DNA of 64,000 bases from Lingula anatina (Eukaryota > Animalia > Brachiopoda), in NCBI GenBank assembly GCA_051362555.1, contig CM120644.1, forward strand, positions 5,402,954-5,466,953. The letters are read 5' to 3'. Positions 12,722-25,425 of this stretch are shown here, in pieces (the first letter of the stretch is position 1; each line of letters opens with the position of its first letter). Position numbers and translations under genes: made by a program. The notes beneath the pieces are model-generated. The model was not told where the DNA came from, did no database searches, and was given only the letters and a program-made list of their open reading frames with translations.

Positions 12722-15700
12722 AGGGGGGGGGGTTGAAACTGTTGTTCTCTCTAGATTATATATTATTTATATAAATAATGATTATATCTATGAATGAAAT
12801 AGTGGAATGAAATTGAATATCAATAATAATTCAAGGTGCGTGAGGGACAGGACCCATTTTTTAAAGCTGTTCTATATTCAATATTAGCACAATTTTACAA
12901 TACATAAAGACCTAAAAATAAACTGTCACATTACAGTTGTGGTGTTAAAAAGATCAAATTGATATATTTAAATTAAGCTAATGGATTGAGATATTGCTGT
13001 TTTTTACTGCTATATTAAACTGCAAAACTTGCAAGCAAAATATATTGGTGCTTTACAGTTTTCAGTGTAAACTTTTATTTATTTATTTATTTATTTTTTT
13101 ATGTATATACTCAAGTAGGAATGGTGTATTTGTGCTATACCATGATAAATGAGATAGGTGATTATTTCCCCCAGTATCAATCAAAAGCTGTGCATTATCT
13201 GTAGAAAGGGGCCCAGAAGATCTCATTTACAGTGTTATTACTGGAATTTATAAACCCATTAGTGTGATAAATGTATCAAAGCCTTATCTCTGGAATGGTG
13301 TTTGATTTTAGATGATAAAAATTACTGTAATGGCTTTGGAAATCGATCCTTAGTTTGGGTTCATGGTGGAGTTTCACATTTCTGTTGCAAACAACAAATA
13401 TAGAAATATCAGCATATAAGATAATTGCGGCCATGGCCTTTAATTTACGTACTTCAGCAATTACAATTTACTTCTTTTGGTTTGGTGAATTGCGAAAATA
13501 TTTTTGCGGATATGGGGTCAGATAACCTTGTTTGCCAAACTGAGGACCAACCTTCTCAGATGAGGGTTTTCAAAGTGTGAAAATTACCAATGATTACATT
13601 TTTTGGAGAAAATTCTGCAGCAGAACAAATATTGCTGTTGATGAAATAATATCAAAGCTAAGGTTATATATGAAACACAGAGATATTTCTGAAGTAAGAC
13701 CTAACCATGGAAATAATTCTTAAAAGAAATGTCCAGTTGAGGCCCCCACCCATATTAATTAAAACTATGTCCGTTTTTTTGTTTTTTTTAGCAGACATTG
13801 CTTTTACCTCTTAACCCCCCTAACCCCAACCCAGTAAGTGCATTTGAAAAGAAAAACAGACTAATACTTTATGTGTTCACCTGTTCACCCAAAGTTTATA
13901 CCTATTTTCAAAGCACAAACAGAAGCAATCATCCCTCGTTATTGTCTTTGATGTGTTTTAAGTGGAAAATGATGCGGTTTCTGTATGTCTAACTCAGAGT
14001 CTGTTATGAAATAAAAAATGTTGGGTTATTTTAATGGTCAATTACAGATATTTGTGGTGCTCCAAGAAAGTAAACATAGAGACTATATATATCTGGCCTG
14101 GCAGAATTATGTATGGGTTCCATTAGCCATACATAGCACACCTGACAAAATTAATGTTACTTTGAGAGAGAAATAGACAGAGGGAGAAAGTTACCTAATA
14201 TATTATTTATCGATGTGCAAATGAGGTTTAAAAAAAGAGAATATGTATCAAGCAAAACCCTGAGAAAAGTTAGAGGTAAGGTTGGAGATGAATGTGAAAG
14301 TCATCCCTTTTTCCCATCCACTTCAATCTTTTCCTCTGTTCTTGTGCAATGAGAACAAAGATAAATGTGAAAGTGACCCCTCTTCCTTTTCCCACTTTAT
14401 TGATTTTTTTTTCTTGTCCAGTGAATGCAAAGATTTCTCAAAAAAGAATGGGGATATATGTGACATTATTTCATGTAAGAAAAACATAGTTTAATGATAT
14501 AAAACAATTGAAAATCAAGAAATAAGTCATTAATAATTTTAAAAGAAAAGGGGACACAGCATGTTGTATTTTCATCAGAGAAACGTAAGTTGTGAAGCAT
14601 TTTGGTAAAGTAAACTAGGCTGAAGGGATAGCTGTCTCTTTGTCCTTGAGGAGCCAAAGTGCAGCCATAGCTTATTAGAGAGAGGCTTCCAGTAGCACAC
14701 ACCTCTCCTCAAACCACACATATGTCATGCTGTCAGTTCTGGGACCGGAACGATGAATATTAATATGTCTACAAACAGCAAGTTGTTTTCTCTTGCAAAT
14801 AAGACTCCCATTAACAGCAGGCTAATATGTGGGAAAGTCATTGTCCTTGTGTGATAAAATTAAAATTGTTTGGAATTTGGAAATGGACTTCTAGGACAAT
14901 CTTCAGGACACGGCAAACATCAGGATGTCTTCATTTGCAATTATTTTCAGGTACAAACATGGAGGGGTTCTTGGAGGATGCCATGTTTTATTATATTTTT
15001 GGGCAGGTTTCCATGTTCAGTCCTCACTGGAGTCCCTCTTTATAGATTTTGATTCCTGTGATTAGTGACAAAACATTGCACCAAAGCAATGCTAATTTGG
15101 GAAAAACTTAAGATATACAGCTGTAGTTGATAGGGGTTTTTGCCCTAATGAATCTGAAATATAATTGGAATATTTTGCAGCTAACTATCAGCTGACTGTC
15201 CTGTAATTTACATCGCTTCAAAGCATGTGTCCTTCTTATACAACAAAAACAAACATGTAAAGTATGTGATATCATAAATGTTAAGATGTGATCAGGGTAA
15301 AGTCAGGAGAATGCTAACTGTGTCTGAGGCAAAACACTGTCTAGACAGCACCAAAATCTCTCTATCCAAGCACTGAATTGTAGCCGAACTCCACTCTACT
15401 TAAACATTTAGATTTCAAGAAGGTTTTCATCTCAATCCAAGTCTGGTCACAGCTGTAATAGCTCAATAAGCTAGGAGCAACAAGACAAAACAGGCCAGGC
15501 CCCCTGATATTTTAACCATCATGGTGCAAAATTTCTGTATTTCATGATGCCGATTTGTAGCTTATCTGAAAAAAAAAAAAAAAAGCATGCGGTTGAACAG
15601 ACCTTTAAATCTTTTCTCAGAGGAACTGTGTTCAGTGAAATAATGTGAGGAGAAGTGAAATGCCTGGATAAACAGGATGGCAGGGTTGATATTAGGTGAC

Positions 15701-15859
15701 TTCTTGGATTTTAAACACACTGCTGTTGAATCAAGACTGAATGCAAAATATATATAATTTTTTTAAATGTTATGGGACATTTTCATTTTTACTTAGTGTA
15801 AAAAATGTCTTTTATGAAATATTTTTGATATCACAACTAAAATATTCAGGTGTCAGGTG

Positions 15860-15912
<53 letters not shown>

Positions 15913-16211
15913 TAAGCTGAACATGTGATGTCCAATAAATCAAAAGCAATCAACATTGAACATTTTCTCTCCTTTTTTTTTTTTTTTTTTTTTAATACTA
16001 GAAAAGAACCCTTTCATTGTGTTCTTACATTGTTTTTAGACAGAAAGAAAATCCTGTGAACAGTCTTTGCATGACCAAAGTTATATTCGTGATTCTGTGT
16101 GATGTTTTGGTTCGGTTGGTGGTTTCTAACCAGAAATCAGTGCAGCAGACTTCTTTTGAAGTGACTGTGTTGTGACTGGAAAGGAAAGAAAAGAAATCTT
16201 GTGTGGTTTAA

Positions 16212-16426
16212 GGGCGTATTCGCAGAGCTTTTAGATCGATCTATCTCTGCGGGGAGTCTCACTAGATTACTGTCAGATAATCCAGCTTAAATGTCCGTCC
16301 CGTCTACTACAAGCTGTAAGGGGGTAATTAACTTTCGTGCCCGCTCGGCTGACAGCTTTTTAGCGTGAACCCCCAGGGAGTTAGGTCGATCTAAATTAGA
16401 TCGATCTAATCTCTGGGAATGGGGTC
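16212..16426 (+). mobile_element. PIF/Harbinger-like MITE, family A, copy 1
   Basis: TAA on both flanks; imperfect TIRs GGGCGTATTCGCAGAG / CTCTGGGAATGGGGTC; internal GATCGATC palindromes; homologous to 24188-24430 in reverse. Confidence 0.7.
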
Positions 16427-17503
16427 TAAGTCTGGTGGTACAGTAGCACTCTTCCTTCAGATGGAAAGACACTCCCACTGTTGATTTGTTAACACTGATA
16501 CATTATCTTATCTGTTTGTATGATTTCAGTATTTTTATCAACACACCTCTTTTATGTTTTGTTTAATGGTTTCAGTAGAATATTTGACATTGCTGATGGT
16601 GGCAGTGTCAGAAATTTAGTGTCCTTTTCCTTACAATGGAAACCTATGCTAACTGCGAAAACTGACTTAGCCAACAGAAATCTCCCTGTCAAGTCCAACA
16701 CTGTTTTCATGATTGGCAAATCAATAATTTCTGGGAAAATAGGAATAGAAAACATTTGACAAAGCTATAATATATCGGCTTTTGTCTACCACTCCCCCTA
16801 TTACCTGGAAGTATACAATTTAAAAACATGATCTTTGTAACAGTGATTTCTGAAGGCATGCACTCTCTGCAGAAAAGATCAGATTTTGTCTGAAGTATGG
16901 ATTATAGATGAAATTAAGCAAAACAAATCAGTTTTGTAATGCATGGAAAAGATCAAGTATCAAGTTTATGGAATTACTGGGTTTGTGGGCACTTCTTGCC
17001 TTGTTGTGAGAAATTGAAAACCAGGCATTGGAGTAAAGTTATCAAGTCTTAGTTCTAGGAAATGTCAGCTTCAGTGGAAAGGGTGGCTGGGTTTTATCTG
17101 TGAATGTTTGTTTGGTGTGATGTTTGTGTTTGATTGTGCTTATAAATGAGCTGATGAGCAAGACAGCAGAATTCAGTCCGCCTGAGATCCAGATAGATGA
17201 TAGAGGTCTGCTCAAAATGTCGCATAATTGTTTAAGTGTTATGGTGCTTAGGAGTTGTTACTTTTCAGGTGCTGTGTATAGGAAGAGATGAGATTCCTCT
17301 ATCCTTTTTCTTTGTGTCTGTGTCACTTAATAATAATGTCATACTTTTCAGGCACATGGAAAAGCAGAATGTGGTGGTTAAATTTCAAGATTGACACGAA
17401 GATAAACTTAATGATACTAAGCAAAGAGTGCAATTCATACTTAATGAATTTGCATTGCATATTTGGAATCCTGTATTGATCACTGCCTTATGTATTTTTC
17501 CAG

Positions 17504-17931
17504 CCAAATGGCAATGGGTTTGTGGATGGTCAAGGACTGGTGGTTATCAGAATGAGGCCAGATGACCAGGGGAGGTTTGGATTCAACGTCAAAGTAAGTT
17601 TTTTCAATATCATATCTTTTTTTAAACAATTTTTCTTCTTTTTTCTTGTGTTAATGGTCATTTTGGTAAAATATCAAAATATCAGGTATATTTTCTGATA
17701 TTTGTAAAATTTTGTTTTCCTTTTTGAAATTTTCAGCTTTTATTACATGAAACTGTATTATTATATTGATTCAGAATCAATCTTTGACCATTGAGTTTTA
17801 TCAGCTATGTTTAAATGTTTCAATTAATGACATTATTGAAAGAAGTTGACAGCAGATCTGTTTAAACCAAAGTTCCTTTAGGACTGTCTCTTAACAAATA
17901 CAGAAAAAGCTTGCTTGCTGTGCATGGTGGC

Positions 17932-17988
<57 letters not shown>

Positions 17989-20345
17989 TTAAGATGAAAA
18001 TTGTTTTGCATCTTGAAATCTGCATCATTTTCTCTGAACTGTCAATTGCTTGTATAACATTCCAAGTGCATGCATCTTCTCTTTAGCATAAAGTAGACTA
18101 AGTGTTATTAATTTTCACCTTGTATGAAATGGCTAAGATACAGTATAATTTCAAATTCATGAAATTGATTATATAATGATAATGATAGCAACATTTTGCC
18201 CTGCATATTGCTGTTCAGTTTTTTCACATGCTTATAGCAAAATGCACAAATTCTGTAGCATAGAGTTTTTAGCATAATTTAAGTCGGATATTTCTTCAGT
18301 TTGTTGAAACAGTTATAAAGTCACATCTTGTCCCCAGAGTGCTTTCTATGCCGTGTGTGTAAGATACTGTGATTGACATCATGATACTCACTTATAGTCA
18401 ACAAAGGGGTATTGTTGGGTCTCAATTTATATATCATGCTATGGGAAAATTTGTTTGTAGGTCACGCTGCCCTATTTAACTGCACAGTTCTATTTATAGC
18501 ACAGCGTTGCCTTGACTGATAACGTATTATAAGCTTTATGATGATATAAACTTGGATTATCTGTAAAACAATCAATGAACAGTTGACCTCAATACATTCG
18601 GTAAGGGGGGGGGGTTAAATGTCTGTTATAGCCCTAAAACTCTTGCAAGATACGTCTATTACAGCATATTTTCACTGTAGTAAACCCAATTCCAGTGTGA
18701 TTGTAGTGATACCATGCAATTCTGTAATTATTCATTATTTCTTTGTAAAGTCGGTCAACTGTCGAGGCAGGGACCCAGCAAGACCCCACCAGGTTTGTGA
18801 AATCTACTCAACACCGTTGACCTAAATCCAATATTTAGGTCATTCTGAGTGCCATGGACCTAAATCCAATATTTAGGTCATTTTAAATGCCATTTGGCCT
18901 AATTGTGGTATATGTTAGTGACCTGAATGTTGTGTGTTTAGGTCATTGAACTTCAAATGACCTATTTAATTCCATTGAACTTAGGCTATTGATAGTACTT
19001 CACTTTAAGAATATCAACTGACCTGATGTTTCTGCTTGCACTAAATATAAACTTTGGGATTTTTATCAGAAATATGTAATAGAATATCGTATTTCAAGTC
19101 TCACCACATAAGTTGGAAAGATAATGAGTTTATGGTGCATGTGACATCATAGACTATAGTTATATATCCTTTAGATAGATGAAACTTCTAGGGATTTCAT
19201 TAAATTTCTAATAGATGTTATTTGACCTAACATTTCCTGCAAACTTACCATAGGTGTAACATCGGCATAGTTTTTGTCATTAAATTAAATGGAGAAAGAT
19301 TGACTAAAAAGGACTGTGTTGGCTCAAATGAAGACTAAGACTAATTATTAATACCTTAAAATGCCTTAACATCATGGTTTACATCATAATATTCAAAATG
19401 TATAGTATTAGTTCTGTCTTAAACCTTTAATAATGATGGTAGCAAACTGAAAAATATTTTAGAAATGAAGGTTTGCTTAAATGTAAACTTGTTCTTACTT
19501 ACCCTATCTGCATTAGCTTTGTACATAGACACCATTTAGTGATTTTATGGAACAGTATTAATGCTAATGTTCTTTTCAAGACACTTTATTATCTTGTATA
19601 TGAAGAATGGATAATGAAAAAGTATCTGAACATAACATTCTTCCTGTTTATCAGCATTTCATATTTAACTAGGTTTTTCACTTTTTATTTTTGAAATATA
19701 AAATTTATAAAATGAAGGTTAGAAGGTGGCTTCTAAGATTTTCAGCATTTATATTTGCTCACTATGAGTTTTCATTAATATTTATGAAAAAAAACATGAT
19801 TGCTTTTAAGTCTGGTTTATTTGGTGTGAGAAACTGTTGCAGCTTTGCTTATTTATTGAAATTGCTTGTTTTCTCACAACACCTACAGACTGTCTTGTCA
19901 TGACTCTTGACAGTGGTGCCCTCTGTCTGATGCAAATCACATCACTCTTAAAGCAGCGATTAAAAATAAGATATAACACACACACACGCATCATCCTTTT
20001 GGTGGCATTGACTGAAAAAGATGTCCTCTATCTCTACGCATAAAACTTGTGACCGTGAATCATGTGACGTGGTGCTATTTCAGGGCGGTGCTGACCAGGG
20101 GATGCCCATCATCGTGTCCCGTGTGGCGCCAGGCTCTCCGGCAGACCTGTGTATTCCCAGGCTCAATGAGGGGGACCAGGTGCTGCAGATCAACAGGAGG
20201 GACGTCTCTACGCATTCACATGAACAGGTGAGTAAGGACATTGTATGCCAGAGAGATCTTCAGGTAAAAGCTACATTGTTATGATTGTTTTAGATTCTGC
20301 TGCTCTTTTTACTTGTTCAAAAATTATTATGCTTGATTTTTTTTT

Positions 20346-20385
<40 letters not shown>

Positions 20386-23300
20386 TCATTTTAGGGTGTT
20401 GTCAAATGCAGATATAAAAATGGTCCTAAGAATAATATACTGGAGCCTTGCTCCAAGAATCTCCCATATAAAGCTTTGTGCCTTCAACACGTGCATTTTT
20501 TTATTGAGTTCACTTTCATCTGTGCTTGTATAATACATTATCATCAGTGGTTTCTGGATAACTGTACATTCCCTACTTGTCAGGTTGTTATGTTCATCAG
20601 AGCAACCAGAGAGAACCATTCAGGAGAGCTAGAGTTGATAGTAAGACCTAATGGTGAGTTAGCTGGAAAAATAGAGCATCTTTGTTTTAGTCAGTTCCCT
20701 ACCTTGTTTTTCATATATAAAAGGCAGAACTTGTTCAACACTGTGATGTTTTATGCAGTCATATCCTTTATATTTGCTATAGATTTTTATTGAAGTGTTT
20801 TTATGCATTTCATGTCTATTTTATGTGATAATAATTTACTTATCTATTGTGATGTCTTTAACAAAGTGAAATATATTTCCATGGTAACTGTTTCCATGGT
20901 GATGTATGGGAGTAATGTATATTTCCTTGGCAACTGTTTCCATGCTGATGTATGCACTGAAGTGATGTATATTACTAGGACAAGTTTCTATGGTGATATT
21001 AACAGTGAACTTGTGTACATTTCCAGTGTATGTTGGAGATGACCCAGTGGAAGAGCCAGAGTTCCAGTACATCCCAGACACACACCATATATCTACCACA
21101 ACCCACGGTGACGTGCTGGCAGAGTCCTTACTGCTCCTCCAGGAAGGCATAGAGAGTGGGGCAGCAGTGGCACAGTTTGAGGTAGGTCAGGTTGTTGTGA
21201 TGTGTTGGCAGAGTCCTTACTGCTCTTCCAGGAAGGCATAGAGAGTGGGGCAGCAGTGGCACAGTTTGAGGTGCGTTGTGATGTGCATGCGTGTGTTTTA
21301 TCTACTAGACATTCTGCTTGATAAGCACAAGGTATTAAGTATCAACAAAATGACTAAAATTTTAAATTGTTCTCAACATTTTTCTGAAGTAATATTTATG
21401 AACTATTTTCATTATTTATCCTTATGTATTTAAATTACCTATTTTGAACATTATATCTTTTAAATCTTGTAGAGTAATCTGTTCACATTTCTTGCTGTTC
21501 ATCAAGAGTGAGAAAAATGTGTTCTCTTATATTGGTGTAATTGAGTGTGAAAATATTCTGTGTCTCGGGTACCATCCTCGCTTCTCATGATTTCATTTTT
21601 TTTTTTCTTTTTTCAGCAATTGTACAGGAAGAAGCCTGGGATGACTATGAATGCTGCCAGGTTACCTGAAAATATTCCCAAAAATAGATACAGGGACATC
21701 TCTCCTTGTGAGTATGACAAGTATGAGTATGACCCTTATACCCAAACCCCCCACACCCTTCACCCCCAGGGGCATTTCTGCCTATGGTTAGAAGTACACA
21801 GTTACACCCGTCCTCTTCTTGCCAGGAAATTAAAAGAAAACCAGTTCTAGTTCTTCATGTTTTTATTGTCTGTTATAAATGATACAATAAATCATATTTT
21901 TGGCTGTTTGTTAATTTTATTGAGTGTCTGCAGGTTAAAGGTGCTATACTTTTTTTTTTCTTCAAAAAAATTATTATCGTTCAAGTTTCATAGGAAATTG
22001 GTAAAATGTGGCATACAAGTTGACATTTTTTTTTTTTAATATTTCAGATGACCAGACTCGGGTCGTAATCAAAAATGGTCCTGATTACATTAATGCAAAT
22101 TTTGTAAATGTAAGTGCCATTTTTATTATTTAAATCTGAATACTGATAGGAGCAATATGTATCACTATCAAAAGTGATATATAATGACAAGTGTCAATAT
22201 GTAACAACAAGTATCAATATGTAGCAGTATATAAGTATCAACATGTAACTAAGTATCAGTGTGTAACAACAAGTATGAACATGTAACAAAGTATCAGTAC
22301 ATAACAATAAGTATCAATATGTAACAACAAGTATCAATACATAGCAGTACGTATCAAAATGTAATAATAAGTATCATTATGTGTTCCTTTCAGATGGAAA
22401 TTCCTGGCTCTGGTATTGTAAATAGGTACATAGCTGCCCAGGGCCCCCTGCCCAACACAGTGGTGGATTACTGGGAGATGATCTGGGAGCAGCAGTCCAC
22501 TCTAGTTGTCATGCTGACCACTAAGATGGAGAGAGGAAGGGTCAGTTTTGGCCTTTGTGATCATGTTGTAATTTCCAGAAGACAATCATAAACTTGCTGC
22601 CAGTTATTATAAAGAAGCTCTGCTAAAATATACACAGTGGTTTAATTCTATCATTTATTCATTAATTAACCCATTAATTAAGCCCGTCCTTACTTATTGT
22701 TTATTTATGTTTGTGTTTCACTAATTTATATATCTATTTTCTGTGTTCCAGGTGAAATGTCACCAGTATTGGCCAAATCTCTACGAAACCGAAGACCTTG
22801 GAGCACTTCAGCTTACCTGCCTCAAGGAGCAAGAAACCCCGTCCTTTGCCTTCAGAGAGTTTCTATTAGTCAACATGGATGTAAGTCTACAGTGGTTTAT
22901 AGTGATGGCTCACTTAGTGCAAGCATCCATTTTATTGATCCACTGGTGCATTCTTTTTTAGTTTATGAAACAAGCTTAAGGTTGGGACCTAATTCAGTCT
23001 GGTAGAGACATAGCCTCAATTTGCAAAATGTCATATTTAAAAATTTACTTCAATCTTAAAGGGATAATAACTCTTCGTTTTGGCCAAAAAATGGATTTTC
23101 CTGGAGTAAACAACAATTTTCCCATACTTACCAATGGTTAATGAATCCATTTTTACATTCAAAGTTAATCCCTGATTTTTTTCTAAAAAGTTTGGTTTTT
23201 TGTTAAAATCTCTTAAGAGATTATAACAGAGTATAGCCATCAGTGGAGGTCACGTGGTCTGAAGACAAGCTCAGATATCAGAATAACAGCTATAACTGCC

Positions 23301-25425
23301 TTTTTTGTAGTAAAACAGAATATATTATATTTCTGTGAGTTGTTTACAATGTTTTTATTGTGAAATATAGATCTCATACGAAGAGTTATTATCCCTTTAA
23401 TAACTAATTGTACAGAAAAGTGTTTAATAATCTGATTTGTTATTTTTAGACCAATGAAGAGAGACACATAGTGCAAATGCAGTATATAGCCTGGCCTGAC
23501 CATGGCGTGCCGGATGATTCCAGCGACTTCCTAGATTTTGTCATCCGTGTGCGACAGAACCGAGTGGGAATGGTTGAACCAACTGTCGTGCACTGCAGGT
23601 ATGTGATATAAGTCATATAACAAACCAGTGTACATGTGCATGACATCATTAAGTTAAGATGCTTAGTTTGTTCTCTCATATAAGCATACTATGTTGGGTC
23701 TCTCATATAAGCACACTATCATGATTAATGAAGTGGTTGTTACATTGAAAATGGGTGGTGTATTTTTGTGAAATGACATTTGCTGTTTGTCACCTTTGAA
23801 GTTTGAAAAAAAATGAGGAAAAAAATCATATTAAGGGGTGTAAACAATAATCTAGAGAATTTCCTTTGTAGAAGTAAATAAATAAAAATACAAAGTATCC
23901 TGAGCAAATAACGTGAACAATAACATTGACAAAGATAGCTTTTCTAGTTAGAAGAAATAAGAAGTGCTTTTATGTCATATACAAAACAAAAACCATAATT
24001 CCCTTATTCATTCACTCTACCTCTTTCAGTGCTGGTATTGGGCGCACAGGTGTCCTGATCACCATGGAAACCGCCATGTGTTTAATCGAGGCCAACCAAC
24101 CAGTGTACCCTCTGGACATCGTACGCCAGATGAGAGACCAACGTGCCATGCTAATACAGACAGCTGTGAGTAACGCCATCTTTGACTGGGTTCCCATACT
24201 TAAATCGATCCATCTGGATCAACCTAACTCCCTGGGGGTACATGCTAAATTGCCGTCAGCTCAAGAGGCTTAAATGTCTGTCACGCCTACCGAATCAGCT
24301 AGGGTAAAGATATTTTCCCCCTAACAGCTTAACTAGGCGTGACAGGCATTTAAGCCGGTTAAGTTGATCACAGTTTAGTGAGACTCCCCAGGGAGATAGA
24401 TCGATCAAAAAATCTGTGGGAATGGTCTCTTTATCTTCATAGCCTGGCCAGGGACGGGTAGGGGAAGGGGATTCCCCATGGGTTTTCACTGATATAATTT
24501 TCAAGCGACCTAACTCTGTGAAGATTCTAAAGGGCAGGAGTTGCAATGGTCTTAACGTGTTAATTAAAAAATATATATATGGATGTTATTTTACACAGAA
24601 TAATTAAGTTGTAATTCACTTTGATGGGGATATTTTACTTGTTTCATAAAAAGCAAGCAATGGCTTTTGTTTTGTGACACTTGATTAGACTGGGTTGTTT
24701 AATGTCAGATTAGACTAATGTAAATACCGTTCTGTGTGCAGTCCATGATAAGTTACTTATTTTATTGATAATTTTAGAGATATATTTTATCCATGTTTAC
24801 CTGAATTTATAAATATGTACACTGTACTCAAATACAAGCTTAACATTTTATTGCCACTGCTTTTCAATCTTAATTTTTTTTTAATTTTATTTATTAATTT
24901 ATTATTATTATAAATAATATTATTTTTCACAAAATTTCAGAGTCAGTACAGGTTTGTGTGTGAAGCCATTCTGCGAGTCTACAGTGGTAAGTTTGACAGT
25001 TTTAGAAACAGCAGATACAACAGTCTTTATTCTTCCAAACAGTAGTCACTAAAGCACTTTTTTTTGCTAAAAAAAAAAAAAAAAAAAAAAAACATGGTTG
25101 ATTTTTATCTTGTATCCTATGTTTATTGATCATAGTTTTTTTTTCCAAATTTTTGAAATGTAGGGTCAGGGTTATTTTTAACTTATAATTCATTTATTGT
25201 GTTGGTCAAAGAAATGGTAATTTCCCAATATTTGCCTATCTGCCTGATAATTTAATGTAGGTCTCCTCACTGTTTCAAATATATACATACCCTAAAATGA
25301 TCATGTATAGACTTCATAACACCCTATAAGTTTCCTCACTAGTGAATGTCGGTGCATCAGTGTTGACCATGTGTTCCTACATTTCAGAGGGTATTGTAAA
25401 GCCACTGGATGATTATCAAAGATGA
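17504..25425 (+). CDS. PTPN4: Tyrosine-protein phosphatase non-receptor type 4/3-like (PTP-MEG), PDZ and PTP domains; 5' part of the gene not in the model
   Basis: Phase-compatible GT-AG exons: 17504-17593, 20084-20227, 20584-20653, 21027-21181, 21617-21707, 22048-22109, 22394-22540, 22752-22880, 23450-23598, 24030-24165, 24941-24986, 25388-25425 (TGA). PDZ motifs [21 protein letters not shown] and [13 protein letters not shown] motifs [53 protein letters not shown]. Ends [12 protein letters not shown]. Catalytic residues are intact. Confidence 0.95.
18817..18965. repeat. Short tandem palindromic repeat (GACCTAAATCCAATATTTAGGTC units)
   Basis: Two near-perfect and further degenerate units of about 39 nt, each a GACCTAAAT/ATTTAGGTC hairpin; probably the interior of a mobile element. 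Confidence 0.65.
21117..21285 (+). repeat. 89-nt tandem duplication of the 3' end of a PTPN4 exon, including the donor site
   Basis: 21117-21183 is repeated at 21206-21272 with one visible substitution. Confidence 0.9.
22187..22377. repeat. About 20-nt minisatellite (AAGTATCAATATGTAACAAC)n
   Basis: About 9 degenerate units ending just before the 22393 acceptor. Confidence 0.85.
24188..24430 (-). mobile_element. PIF/Harbinger-like MITE, family A, copy 2 (inverted)
   Basis: Contains CCTAACTCCCTGGGGGT, TAGTGAGACTCCCC and GAGATAGATCGATC, the reverse complement of motifs in 16212-16426. Confidence 0.7.

Noticed and set aside
22187-22377. Repeat arrays (also 18817-18965 and 49706-49815) as CRISPR-like
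   Set aside because: No unique spacers, no cas genes, eukaryotic intronic context; these are minisatellites.
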